This document shows positions 13,875 through 28,077 of a stretch of DNA of 64,000 nucleotides, one piece after another. The notes under the pieces are model-generated. The model was not told where the DNA came from. It did not search any database and was given only the letters and a program-made list of their open reading frames with translations. Position numbers and translations under genes: made by a program. Each line of letters opens with the position of its first letter. The first letter of the stretch is position 1. The stretch spans positions 53,196,001 through 53,260,000 of the forward strand of contig OZ024745.1 of assembly GCA_964016885.1 (NCBI GenBank), in the 5' to 3' direction. Origin of the DNA: Eledone cirrhosa (lineage: Eukaryota).

Positions 13875-16800
13875 TAATACGAGACCAGGATTTCCGACAC
13901 GCGCGCACTAGCCCCCATTTTCGACGACTATCAGATCTTTGCATCTGTTAGCCGGCCGGGAATGGGAGGCGGGGTGGCAGTGCTGTTTAGGAAAGGCCTG
14001 GATCTCGAGGTAAGGTCGATCTTCCGGGACCCAGGCGGGAAGTTTGTGGTCCTGGACGTGAACAATAACGAAGGTGGTGCCTTTAGACTGGTGGCCGTCT
14101 ATGCTCCTACTGGGGCAGGACGGCCGGACTTCTTTAGACGCCTGGAAGCCTTTCTGGGTACGTCTCGCTCTTTACTGTTAGCAGGGGGGCTGGAACGGCA
14201 TCTTAGACGCATGCTGGGACTGTGTGGGAGTATCCGATAGGAGCGGGGGGTGCAAAAGCCTCAAGAACCTGATCAGCCAGTTCCAACTGTCTGACAGGTA
14301 CCGACTAGATTTCCCTAATGCGCCAGTGTGGACCTAGGCTAACCGCATAGGGTCATCTAGATCGTATTTAGACAGGATATTCATTAGGAAAATAGACAGA
14401 AATAGTGTAAGCTGTCCACGTTTTGAAACGGTTGCCTATTCAGATCACAAGTTTGTGATCTGTATGGTCGACCTGGATAAGACGCGTAGGTTAGGACCTG
14501 GTTACTGGAAGTTAAACATGTCATTTCCGGCACGTAAGGCTTACAGGGACCAGGTCAACAATTTAGTTAAGAAAAAGTTGACAGGGGGAGTCGTCAACAA
14601 TAGATGGTGGGGGGGGGGGCTCTCAAAAGAGAGATTAGAGTAATGTCGATAGAGTTTAGCAAAGAAGTAGCGTTAGAGAAAAATAGAAAGGAGGGGGAGT
14701 TGGTAGATAAGTTAGACGAGGCTATTGGTCGTGGCATTGCAACTGACGTGCTAGCGGCGAGAATGGCATTAGACTATTTCTTCAATGCGAAACACGAAGA
14801 TTGCATTGTCAGAGCTAAGGCGCGTGCTCTGAGAAACGAGGGAACCTAAGCTGTTCGATGGGCCCGCGTGGCAGAAGCGCAGCGTGGTAATAAAACCACG
14901 ATTCGGTCTTTGAGGGGCCGAGACGGGCACGAGCTGAGCGATTCCAAGGGGATGTGTGAGGCCTTTCGCCAACATTTTGCTCGGTTGTTCGGGGGAAGTG
15001 GCGGGTCAGAGATGGTGGCGGACTTCAGTTCCTACCTCGATGGCTTGCCGCAACTCTCGACAGCTGACGCTGGGCGCTGCGAAAGCCCAATTACTTCAGC
15101 CGAGATTCAGGATGCCCTTGTCGGCTGCATGAGGCGCAAGTCACCCGGTTTGGATGGTCTGCCCTACGAGCTTTACGTAAATATGCCAGACTTGTTCTCC
15201 AATCTCCTCGAAGCCCTCTACTGCAACTGGCATCAAAACGGGAGTATTCCCAGTTCTGTGAGCCGGAGCGTAGTGACGCTGATAAGGAAAGACGAGAACA
15301 AGAGGGACACATTAGACAATTTCATAACTCTGCTCAACACAGAGTTTAAGATTTTGGCCAGGGTGTTAGCGAAGAGGTTGGCGCTTGTCGTTGGGTATTT
15401 GGTTGGGGAGGCGCAAACTTGCGCAATACCAACCAGGTCCATACACGACAAGCTCCACCTAATGCGATACATCATCGAGAGGGTAGGGTGTAAGCCTGGC
15501 TTCGGTGGGGCTCTGATCAATTTAGATCAATCGAAAGCATTCGATAGGGTCGACCATCGGTACCTGGAGGCTGTCCTCAAGGCGGCTGGCTTCGGCCCCG
15601 TCTTCAGAAGCTGGATAGCTGCAATGCACAGCGGCACCTGCTCAATGGTCAAAATTAATGGCCACCTCTCGGAACCGTTTCAGGTCTCCCGATCGGTCCG
15701 TCAAGGGTGCCCTCTCTCCTCCCTTCTGTACCTATTGACCCTCGAGCCTTTACTGTGGAAGCTGGAGCTGTTGCAGGGCATCCCGCTCGAACTGGACGCG
15801 GAAAGGCTGTGTCTGCTTATGCGGACGACATCACCGTGATGGTGTCGGACACCTCAGAAATCGAGGTGGTCGGCAACTTATTGGAGGAATATGAAAGGTT
15901 GACGGGAGCAAAACTTAACCCGGAAAAGTCGGTGGGCTTGCAACTCGGCACCTGGAGAGGCAAGTCCATGCCGTCCAACAGCGTCGTTATGCGCTGGACG
16001 GACGGACCGGTAAAGTGGCTAGGGGTTTGGTTTGGGCCAGACCTCCAGGTGGATAAGAATTGGAACGAGGTGACGGGCAGGGTAGCCAGTCTCACCCAGA
16101 AATGGGCTGGGATGAAGCTATCACTGAAAGGTCGGGCGGAGGTGGCGAACGCGTACATCGCGTCCGTCATCTACTACCGTCTGACCGTCGTCCCTTGCCC
16201 CCGTTCGCCCCTCGCCATCTTGGAGCGGCTCCTCTTCAAATTCTTGTGGAGGGGTCAGGTTCCGCTGGTGAGGCGGTCCATCCGCTGCCAGTACCCTCTA
16301 CGTGGAGGGTTGGGCATGCCGTGGCTAATGATGCGCAGGCACGCGCTGAGGCTGCAGCATCTCAAGATATTCTGCCTAAACGGTGAACAAGTGCGGTCGC
16401 CGTTTGTCAGACGGGCCTTTCCTCAGCTCGTTTCTTTGAGTGAGCTGCAGTCCTGGGTGAAGAAGAGACCCAGACTGGGTGACTGGCATCTGGAATGTTG
16501 CCAGGCACTCACTGCCCTCTACCAGGCGGGCAATGCGGTCAGTGGAACTTCCACTCTCGAGTTCTATAGAGGATTAGTGGTGGGAAAGTGCGACTACGCA
16601 CTCGGAGAGGCTCTGGGAGTCAACGAAGTCGAACTAACCAGTCTGTACCGGAGGACTTTTGAGCCGAGGACGATGGATAATTTCCAAAAATCCTTCGCTT
16701 GGCAGTGCTACCGGGGGCACTGCCGGTTCGAGATAAACTCTACAGGCACGGAAGTGCTGTCAGACGGACCTGCCCGAGATGCGCGCAGAGCGACGAAACC

Positions 16801-17465
16801 GTTCTGCACGCACTCGTCCAGTGTCCGTGCATTACTGACTTGTGGAGTTATGTTGAACAGCTGTTGTCGCGTGTAGAACGGATCCGGCTATCGGCCGAGT
16901 CCATAGTGAAAATCAACCCGCCGCCTTCTTTCGGCCAGGAAGGGCAGGAAATTTTCCTCTGTCTGGTGGCAGTAGCGAAAGAGGTTGTATGGTGGACGAG
17001 GTTGAAAGGACTGAAGACAGACACTTTTCTCTTCGGCCAATCCCTCGTCAACTTTTTCAAGTTTCACTTGGAAAGGAAGGTGAGGGTGGAGAGAGAAGTT
17101 CTGCCCCCCAGTACATTTGCTGAAAGGTGGGTGAATGTGGCGAGAATGGCCCGTGTGAGTGGGCCTACTCTGGTCATGCGGCTGTAGGTAGGGAAATTTG
17201 AAGAGGAGAGGGGTGCCCTTCCAGGGTGCTCTCGAAGCGTCGGGTCGTTCAGGACTGGTGGGGTACCTGAGCGAACCCTAGGTGGTCATCTCCCCTATTG
17301 GGGAATTTTTTCTTGTAATTTTATTGTTACTTTATTGTTACTTTGTTATTGTTACGTTGTTATTGTTATTCATATTGTTTACTCGATTTTTCTGTAAAAC
17401 CCCACTGTCCCAGTCTTTTGTATTGTCCCCTATATGTCGGCCCTTGTGGCTAATAAATGAAATCA
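13875..17465 (+). mobile_element. L1/Tx1-clade LINE ORF2 (APE endonuclease, RT, CCHC zinc finger) plus 3' UTR; 5'-truncated and frameshifted
   Basis: Consecutive ORF pieces give GGGVAVL, VAVYAP, GPGYWKLN, KSPGLDGLPYE, LDQSKAFDRVDH, VRQGCPLS, AYADD and CPRC..DETVLHALVQC. AATAAA lies near 17452. The block is GC-rich against an AT-rich background. Confidence 0.93.
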
Positions 17466-17468
17466 TTA

Positions 17469-17700
17469 TTATCGGTAGAGGGTCGGACGCCATGCTTTCC
17501 AGCATAGTTACGTCCCTTTACGATCTGAGTTCAAATCCCGCCGAGGTTGATTTTGCCTTTCATCCTTACGGGGTCGATAAAATAAAGTACCAGTCACGCA
17601 CTGGGGTCGATTTAATCGACTTTACCCTCTCCCAAATTTGCTGGCCTTGTGCCTATATAAGAAATCATTATTATTATTGTTGTTGTTGTTGTTGTTGTTA
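17469..17700 (+). mobile_element. tRNA-derived SINE family A with (ATT)n/(GTT)n tail
   Basis: B-box GAGTTCAAATCC near 17527, core GCCTTTCATCCTTACGGGGTCGATAAAATAAAGTACCAGT, 3' GCTGGCCTTGTGCC. Confidence 0.9.
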
Positions 17701-18830
17701 TGGTTATTAATATTAGCACCCAATTAACCATTATATATATACAATCTTAAAATTAATTTCATTTATTTTTTGCTTTCAGCTTTTGTTTCTGGTTTCTAAG
17801 AACATCATAATACAAAATTACGGATAAAAACATACATAATTACTTATATACACACGTATATAGATATATACATACATACATACATTCATACATACATACA
17901 TGCTTACATATATATGTTTGAGAGTATGTGTAAATATAAAATATATATATGTCCATATGTATGTATATATATTTATGAGTGTGTGTGGGTGTCTGTGTGT
18001 ATCTGTGTATTTGTTGTGTGTGTCTGTGTGATTGTGTGTGTCTGTGTGTGTGTGTGTTTATGCGTACATACATAAGTGCACACATACTTACATATCCATG
18101 CTTTTTCTTCTAATTTGTTCCAATTTGAACACTATTTCCTGATTCTGAATTAATTGAAATGTTCATTCAAGAGGGCAAACTACTAATACGAAACGTCACT
18201 TGGACTAATATTAATTATTTAGTTAAAATATTTAATCAAAATCAAGTTTGGCTTGCTAATTTGGCCAGAAGCACTCTTATGTATAAAATAAAATTAGGTA
18301 TGATAATAAAGTGTTAGAAAAGAAAACGAAACATCCGTTAAAGAGTATTACATTTCGCCTATTATGTATAGAATGATAGTGAAACATTCATTTTTATTTA
18401 TTTGGTCATTGTTTGTTGGCTTCTTTGTTTTCTTATTCTTTCTTGTAATTGTTTTCAAATTTTTATTGATTTTTATACATTTACAGGAAATTTTAAACAT
18501 TTAAAAGTTGATTGTCTTTTGGGGATTTTTTTTTCTCGTGTTTGTTTTTTTCAACAATAAATCTATGCAATTTACTTCATCTATTTTATATCATCTTAAC
18601 ATTTGATTGTTTTCTTTTTGTAAGCACGAAACCATGTTTAAGAGTTATGGGGAAAAAACTCAAGTGTACAGTTTTTAACTGCCGATTAAGATATGATTAC
18701 GTGTTTTTAATCCCTAAAAATATATTAAAATAAAACAAAAACAGTTATGCGAACCGAATAAATCCTATTTTTTTAGTTTGCTTCTTGATTTTAGCACTTT
18801 TCCCCCATTATTGATGTTTATTGTGAAAGA

Positions 18831-18887
<57 letters not shown>

Positions 18888-18889
<2 letters not shown>

Positions 18890-18972
18890 TCAGTCAATGG
18901 CAACATTGAGGACCGAATAAATTAGATTACCGATATAGAAGCGAAAAGCGAAAACCAACCAAACAGTGAGTG

Positions 18973-19012
<40 letters not shown>

Positions 19013-19129
19013 CAGCGATGAATTAGTTTTGCGAGGTTTTTTATATGAAATCGTGTGTCGAAACAAATATTGTTATACTTGGGGAGGGTCATATTTGTGT
19101 AATATTGCCAGAATTAATAACAGAACACA

Positions 19130-19133
<4 letters not shown>
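18888..19133. mobile_element. Split, inverted pieces of a pLTR-like repeat (family also at 49990-50130 and 61240-61399)
   Basis: 18888-18973 is the reverse complement of the distal part of 61300-61399. 19066-19133 matches 61240-61309. A (TA)n tract separates the two. Confidence 0.75.
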
Positions 19134-19164
<31 letters not shown>

Positions 19165-19171
19165 TGTATAT

Positions 19172-19370
19172 AACGAAGGAGGTGTGGTTGGGAACCAGAT
19201 GGACCATAACCCACCAGAGTACACATTACTTACGGTAGTAGAGTGGGTAATAGGAAAATGTTTTACCCCGACGGCAGAGCTCAAGCCTTTCCGACGGCTA
19301 TTTCTGGATGAGTTCAGAAATAGCCTTCGAAACGGCTTGAGATCTGCCGTAGGAGTCAAACATTTTCCTA
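19172..19370. mobile_element. Fold-back insertion, family F1 copy A (arms of about 55 bp plus a tail of about 77 nt)
   Basis: ATAGGAAAATG...GGCTATTTCTG and CAGAAATAGCC...CATTTTCCTAT form inverted arms, flanked by (TA)n. Confidence 0.85.
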
Positions 19371-19396
19371 TATATATATCTATATATGATTATAGA

Positions 19397-19464
<68 letters not shown>

Positions 19465-19465
<1 letters not shown>

Positions 19466-20346
19466 TAGCAGTGGTAACCCGCGTTGCACGGGATAAGGTA
19501 TTTTGGAACGCGGGCCGCCAATAGACCTAAAAACTGCATGCCTTGACAATATGTAAAGAAAATAAACCGAATACTCTGATGGCTGGATAATCTTTAAGAT
19601 TTTCCTCGATGAAGTAGGAAAAATGCAGGTTTTCACCTAATGCGGGCCCTAGGACATCAAGAAGATGAATTTTTTTTATGTGCATAATATGCCTTGACAT
19701 TTCGGGAAAATCGGCTAGACGTAACGCCTCCAAAAAGCCCTAAGAAGCTGAAAAAATGAAGTTTTTCACCGAATGCGGTCCCTAGGCCATAAGAAAGTTG
19801 GATTTTCTTTGCTTACGGTATGAAGAAGAGACTGACTAATACATAGTTACAATTTCAAGGAAATCGGTCTGACGTAACGCCTCAAAAAAAACCCTGAAAA
19901 TGTTAAATAACGCAGTTATTCACCTAATGCGGGCCCTAGGCGACACAAACAGTTGAATTTGTGCATAAGACTCCCTGAAACATAAGTAATACACATGTAA
20001 ATTTTGAAAAAAATTGGTTGGGTACTTCTCGAGTTTTAGGGATTCGAACTCACACACACACTCAAACAGACATCCTCAAGGAAGTGACGTAATGCAGACA
20101 GACAGATATTATAAGGGCGCGACGTTATAAATATGTATCTATCTAAAAAGAGAAAGACTAAGAATTATAGAGCGAGATCACTAAATCCCCTAATGTGGTC
20201 CCTGGGGCTTAGAGTGTTTGAAATTTGTTTTGCTCAGAACACTCCGTGAAACATAAGTATTACATGTGTAAAGTTTGAAAGCAGTCGGTTGGGTGGTTCT
20301 CGAGTTTTAGGGATTCGAACTCACACACACACACACAGAAATCCTC

Positions 20347-20355
<9 letters not shown>
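19465..20355 (-). mobile_element. Non-autonomous Helitron-like element
   Basis: The minus-strand 3' end is the hairpin CCCGTGCAACGCGGG followed by CTAG (19465-19468). Internal subrepeats of about 130-150 bp (TTCACCTAATGCGGGCCCTAGG near 19632, 19765, 19919, 20188). The 5' end is blurred in (TA)n. Confidence 0.75.
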
Positions 20356-20394
<39 letters not shown>

Positions 20395-20749
20395 TTTTAA
20401 TACATAAACAAAGAAAGCTTTAAGCAATACTCCGACCGGCTTCCGTCTCACTCAACAAACATTAGGATATACCTTAGTATAATCCCAATTATACGTTTGG
20501 GGTGCTAACTATACGTATTTTGCGGATAGCCAGTTGTATTATTTTATATGAGACATAATTAAAATACATCTCTCTTTCCAAACGATCGTTTCATTATAAG
20601 TTTTCTACAAATTGGGAAAATAATGTCCAGGTTATGTAGAAGCCTGTAGGAATATATGTAGGTGGTCACTTATAAATCATCAGTGGATGCCCGACAAATA
20701 TCGATAAAAAAAAAACAACCTTACCGATATTAATATTCAGCGATGGTAC

Positions 20750-21081
20750 GAATTAGTATATCTACTAACATATATATACAGATGCATACTTATGCCAGCA
20801 AATACATAGGTTTTGTCTTAGTAACTTTGTGGTTCAATGCATGGGGATGCAGAACAATAATATGAAAGACGTAAAATAAGAAAGTTATAAAAATTAACTT
20901 ACTTACTAAAATTTCACTCCTTGGTTGTTTACTTCTCGAGTTTTAGGGATTCAAACTCACACACACACACACACGCACTCAAACAGACATCCTCAAGGAA
21001 GTGACGTAATGCAGACAGACAGATATTATAAGGGAGTGAAATTTTAGTAAGTTAATTTTTATAATTTTCTTATTTTACGGC

Positions 21082-21090
<9 letters not shown>
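20750..21090. mobile_element. Fold-back insertion, family F2 (same family as 49368-49961), with a captured loop
   Basis: Arms at about 20860-20920 and 21033-21090 are inverted. The tail 20750-20860 matches 49368-49480. The loop 20921-21032 matches 20014-20117. Confidence 0.85.
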
Positions 21091-21180
<90 letters not shown>

Positions 21181-21857
21181 GACAGACATACATTTCTATG
21201 GATAAAGATTGTTATATATATATATATGTATGTGTGTGTGTATGTATTAATATATATTTGCATTCTAATACTTTACATCATTTCGGTTTGAACAAATCTA
21301 TGGAAATCTATGATTTGTAGTTGTCTGATTCAATTCATTGTTGTTTTCTTATATTTTGGTTTTTATTTTGTTTTTCATCCAAGACTTGGATAATCTTGCA
21401 GTATGTCTTAACAACCTATTTTATCTTAACTTACCAATTCCCCTACATGTCTCACAACATCTTTGTATCCCTGTGTAATGAGACTATAAAATCTTTGCTA
21501 ACTTTTACAGACTAATACCTTTGTTTTAATGGCTATCATTTCCATAAATAACGTTTATATATCTCTTGATTCCTCCCCTTTCACCGTGCTGTAATAACTA
21601 CCTTATCATTTGAACCACTTCTATTCGTACATCAGAACCACCATACTAACTGCATATAGATATGGATGGAGGCTCATAAGCAGAGTAGTGCAGAGTAGTG
21701 CACATCATCTGGCTCATTCTGACTAAGATAAATGCCGTACGTTAATGAACTTAAAAAATACATCATGACTGATGTTTCTATGTACCTGAATGATCTCCTA
21801 TATACCTGAAATACATAAGTACACACACACACATGCATACACATACGTACACACACA

Positions 21858-22420
21858 CATGATGCCTGCAAACTCTGCTAAGAGTATTGCAATCGCTGGT
21901 AAGATTCAGATGTGTGACGCTCGGATATGGTTTTTCAAGCCTGCTAGAGACTTGCACTCCTTCGCACACTGACAACTATAGAGGTCCCTGGCCTGAGGGC
22001 TTGCATCAGGTTGCCTGTGAACTTTCACAATACCGTGGAGTTCATTGGTTCTCTCTGAACAGGGCCGCGACTGTGGCTCCTGAGAACAGATTTGCACAAG
22101 CAAATCTTTCCACACTCAAGGTACACCAATTCAATGGAGACACCAATTGTTTCGAGAGATACATCAGAGCAGTACTTATGCACATCCTGCTTGATTTTCT
22201 CGTGCTCTATGCGTCTACCCTCAAAATTATGGACCCCATCATTCACCATTCCACACAAAGTTTCTCTTTCAAGAGCTTCTATCTCCCAGTCAGCCACCGT
22301 CAAACCAGTTTTTTTCAATGAGTTCTTTACACAATCTTAGGATGTTGTTTCAGGATTCGATTGTCTTACATTCTGCAGAGATCCATCGCAAACGAACGTC
22401 GTTGATGGATGACACTTTCA
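21858..22420 (-). mobile_element. 3' end of an RTE (BovB-like) LINE with C2H2-type zinc-finger remnants
   Basis: ORF pieces ...DWEIEALERETL...GVHNFEGRR..., CGKICLCKSVLRSH and CQCAKECKSLAGLKNHIRASH resemble RTE C-termini. Confidence 0.7.
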
Positions 22421-22560
22421 ACATACATACATACATACATACATACATACATACATACATACATACATACATACATACCTACATACATACATACATACAT
22501 ACATACATACATACATACATACATACATACATACATACATACATACATACATACATACAT

Positions 22561-23100
22561 AGAGTGGCAGACTGGGTCTAAAAATATTGGTTACCAGGAG
22601 ATGCATAAGTGGAAACAAAACAAAGAAATCTAATTTTTGCGGAAATATATTTAACCTTCTCCAATAAAAAATATTATGTAATTTGCGAAATCCAGAGACT
22701 TTCAATAATGACCATAAGTCGAGCCTCAATATTACTAATAGAGCTCTAAGAAAGCCATGCACGACACCACATCTTTTTAACTTTGATTTTGAAAGTAGGT
22801 TTATAATTATCAATTTTCATAACACATTTGTAGCTGTCTCGGTGGCCGAGTTGGAAGAGTAATAGATGGTCTGAAGTACGATCCTGGTCGGGAGTAGGGT
22901 CCCCGATAAACCTTTTCAGTTTTTTCCTATTGGTTGTAAAATAAAAACTGAAAAAGCTTACATGCACCTCTTGACCAGGATTGAACCCAAGGTCAAGATC
23001 TCAGACGTCTCTAGTACCTAACGGCCACAGAGACGACTACGAACATATTCTGAAAATTCATACTTATAAACCTACTTTCAAAATTTTCAAAACATAGTAT
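22561..23100 (+). mobile_element. Diverged partial copy of the TIR element at 23579, followed by an internal inverted repeat
   Basis: 22561-22710 aligns with 23579-23793. An inverted pair lies at 22788-22895 and 22965-23082. Confidence 0.6.
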
Positions 23101-23320
23101 AGTGCTGTCCTTCATGTCTTAATTAATGTTATTGCTCCTACTTAAGGTTGACTTCTAAATCATTTGGGAGTTCCATAAACTACATCCTCGTTTTGTTTCA
23201 TATCGTTTTGTTTCATATCGTTTTGTTTCATATCGTTTTGTTTCATATATTTTAACCTGTAATCCATGTTACATTTCTGTAGCACCTCATCCCCCCTCTC
23301 TCGCTTTAGCTCACTCTCTC

Positions 23321-23409
<89 letters not shown>

Positions 23410-23499
23410 GATATTTGAATCTACTATGATTTGGGGTTACCTTATTCCTATATATATATGTTTTTCCATGTCTGTTAGATTCAAACTTACAATGATTGG

Positions 23500-25008
<1,509 letters not shown>

Positions 25009-25121
25009 CATACATACATGCATACATACATACATACATACATACATACATACATACATACATACATACATACATACATACATGTATACATACATACATG
25101 CATGTATACATACATACATAC

Positions 25122-25730
25122 ATGGTGGCTGCCAACTCGTTTTCGAGTACGGCCACTACTTCATATCCATATAGGAGAACCCCTACTGATGCGCTGAACC
25201 AGTGTGACTTTTTAGTCCAGCCAGCGACTTGAAAACTCTGGTACAAACACTACAATTGTGACAATTATTGACACATAGTGCCGGGCCCATGGTACCATGT
25301 GACGACAAGTGCAGAGAGATCTCCAGATATAAAGCAATGCCTGTGCCGTGAAGCTTTTATAGTGAGCAAAGTCACTGCACAAAGCCACTCCCACTCTCTT
25401 AACTAAGATGATATTTACCAAAAAGAAGAACAAGTCAACATCATTGGATACCATCAGGGTTGCAGGTGTTATATCAGAGTGTTCCTTCTCCTATAATTCT
25501 GCCTTGACAAAGGCTAAGGGCTCATCTCTCCCGGTGATTTTGGATGGCCATTGACTCTTAAGAGCTCCTTTGCCTTTTGACAGGTTTTGTTTTTAGTCCT
25601 GCAGGATGTCCAAAGTCACCCTCCTCACCAAGAAACCTTGGTGGGGTTGCCAGTTTAGTCGCCAATGACCCGACCATGAGACAGGTTGTACTGGGATACA
25701 TGTTACCAGTAGCACTAACTGGTGACCTGA
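25122..25730 (-). mobile_element. About 610-bp non-coding retroposon with an RTE-5'UTR-like head and (ATGT)n tail, inside (CATA)n
   Basis: 25122-25530 is highly similar to 54516-54924 with the same left boundary. 25640-25730 resembles 38570-38660. Confidence 0.7.
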
Positions 25731-26707
25731 CATACATACATACATACATACATACATACATACATACATACATACATACATACATACATACATACATACA
25801 TACATACATACATACATGATGATGATGAATGGGAAAATTTGTTCTTTCTCCGCAAATAAATATTGTTTTTTCCCTAACAAAGCAAAGTAACTTTATATAT
25901 GTATTTTTATTTCTAGTAATTATGTTCAATTCTCTTTTTATGTTTTAAAAACTTTAATGCATAAAGCATTCAGCACACCTATTTTTGACTTATAGCTTCG
26001 TTATTATACATGTGTGCATGTATGTATTTAAAGATACATACACATACACACACATACATAAAAATATATAATATAATTTATTTCAATAGGGAATTGTTAT
26101 TACCATGTGGCTACATTAAACGTATTACAAACGTCTTGACTTGCCAATATAATTCAGATAATTTTCTATGAGACGAAGTAAGTATGAGCTATAAAATAAA
26201 GAAGAGGTTTTAAGGTGTTCAGCAAGTGTGATGTGAGTTTACTAGATAATACAAGTGCATGACTCAGAAAGAGCGTATTTCCAATAACAACTTATGTACG
26301 AGTTTATTATATAATGCCACATTTACCAAGAAGTACAGTGAATATCTGACACAAGATATTAACTACAGCATATGGTCGAGAAATATTGTTACTTTATTGC
26401 TTCAGACTGAACTATAGGCCACGATAGAAATAACAGAATATATAGAAAATAAATGTCGAGTTATTTCTATTTTTTTGTGGTGGTTGTTATTTTTTCCCTG
26501 TTATTGTGTACTATATTTTTATATATGCATCGTATATTATAACAATTCGGGAAGAATGTGTGACAGAATCTCACATTTTATGGGGTCGGCTTTTAATGTA
26601 CACCTGAAAAAAATGTATGTCTATATTAACACACAAACTACTCCAGACTCAGACACACTTACACACCCGCAGGCCTCACATACATGCACACACACACATG
26701 TGCATAC

Positions 26708-26764
<57 letters not shown>

Positions 26765-26766
<2 letters not shown>

Positions 26767-26960
26767 TTTATCCGGGGTACAAATGGAGATAACCACAGTA
26801 AGTAAGGTACACAATACTAAGCAGAGTATAAATATTTAATATAGAAAAGGCTTCTACAGGACAAGAACTGTTTCATATATAAATGACATCTACAGGACTA
26901 GAACTGTTTCTTTCGCATGATGATTCCATACAAATGAATCAGTTGTCGTCCCGTAGAAAT
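26765..26960 (-). mobile_element. Possible PLE pLTR with degenerate tandem hammerhead halves
   Basis: Direct repeat CTACAGGAC(A/T)AGAACTGTTTC occurs twice. The minus strand reads GAAAC-agttct(a/t)-GTC-ctgtag each time, but the CTGANGA box is damaged. Confidence 0.4.
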
Positions 26961-27059
26961 CATTTATATATACAATAAAGATGCCTATACTCCACCAACA
27001 TATTGATTACCTTTTTTTACACAGCTCATGAAGCTTCATATTATATATATATACCTTTC

Positions 27060-27100
<41 letters not shown>

Positions 27101-27108
<8 letters not shown>

Positions 27109-27531
27109 TAAACGGAATAGAAAATGCTGACAAATTGTTCACAGTTGAAAAATGGTTTAATTAGGAATAAAAGAGTATTAGTAATTGTATGGGTTAGTAT
27201 TCAGTTGTGGTTTTAAGTTTTTAAGTTTTTACCGGTTGCGCATTTCTAAATGCTTTTCAAAAATAATTTTGAGATAGAGTGTCCGTGTTGTTTGCTCTGA
27301 TCAGAGCAAACAACACGGACACTCTATCTCAAAATTATTTTTGAAAAGCATTTAGAAATGCGCAACCGGTAAAAACTTAAAAACTTAAAACCACAACTGA
27401 ATACTAACCCATACAATTACTAATACTCTTTTATTCCTAATTAAACCATTTTTCAACTGTGAACAATTTGTCAGCATTTTCTATTCCGTTTACCAATATA
27501 TAATAACTTGTGTGTTACACCTCTATTCTTT

Positions 27532-27535
<4 letters not shown>
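27101..27535. mobile_element. Perfect 400-bp spacerless palindrome plus a tail of about 33 nt (fold-back PLE pLTR)
   Basis: 27101-27300 is the reverse complement of 27301-27500 (centre GCTCTGA|TCAGAGC). A tail at 27503-27535 lies on the right only. (TA)n on both sides. Confidence 0.92.
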
Positions 27536-27590
<55 letters not shown>

Positions 27591-27595
<5 letters not shown>

Positions 27596-27760
27596 ATATA
27601 AGCTTTCAGCGTATTTTTGACTAAAGAAATACTCATCTTTTTCCATTTCTCTGAGGGTTCTAAACCCCACTATCAGGCTAAAGATTTCTTTAGTCAAAAA
27701 TACGGTAAAAGCTTATATTTCTAATTTCAAACTCGCTCACTGTTTCAAAACATACTTACA
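27591..27760. mobile_element. Small imperfect fold-back insertion with tail
   Basis: Inverted arms at about 27595-27630 and 27684-27719, a tail of about 40 nt on the right, (TA)n flanks. Confidence 0.65.
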
Positions 27761-27870
27761 TATATATATATATATATATATATAACTCTTAATTTGCGTT
27801 ATGTTTCGCTTTTTCTACCCGCCGAAATGCGATTCTCGCTGAATTTATATATATATATATATATATATAT

Positions 27871-28041
27871 AACGAAGGAAATGTGGTAAGGAACCAGGTG
27901 GACCATAACGCACCAAAGTACTCAATACTTGAGGTAGTAGAGTGGGTAATAGGAACCAGTAAGACCCCGACAGCTGAGCTCAAGCCGTTTCGAATTAGCC
28001 GTCGAAACGGCTTGAGCTCAGCTGTCGGGATCTTACTGGTT

Positions 28042-28045
<4 letters not shown>
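27871..28045. mobile_element. Fold-back insertion, family F1 copy B
   Basis: Tail plus left arm are essentially identical to 40896-41017, but the junction differs (GTTTCGA|ATTAGCCGTCGAAAC). Confidence 0.88.
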
Positions 28046-28077
<32 letters not shown>

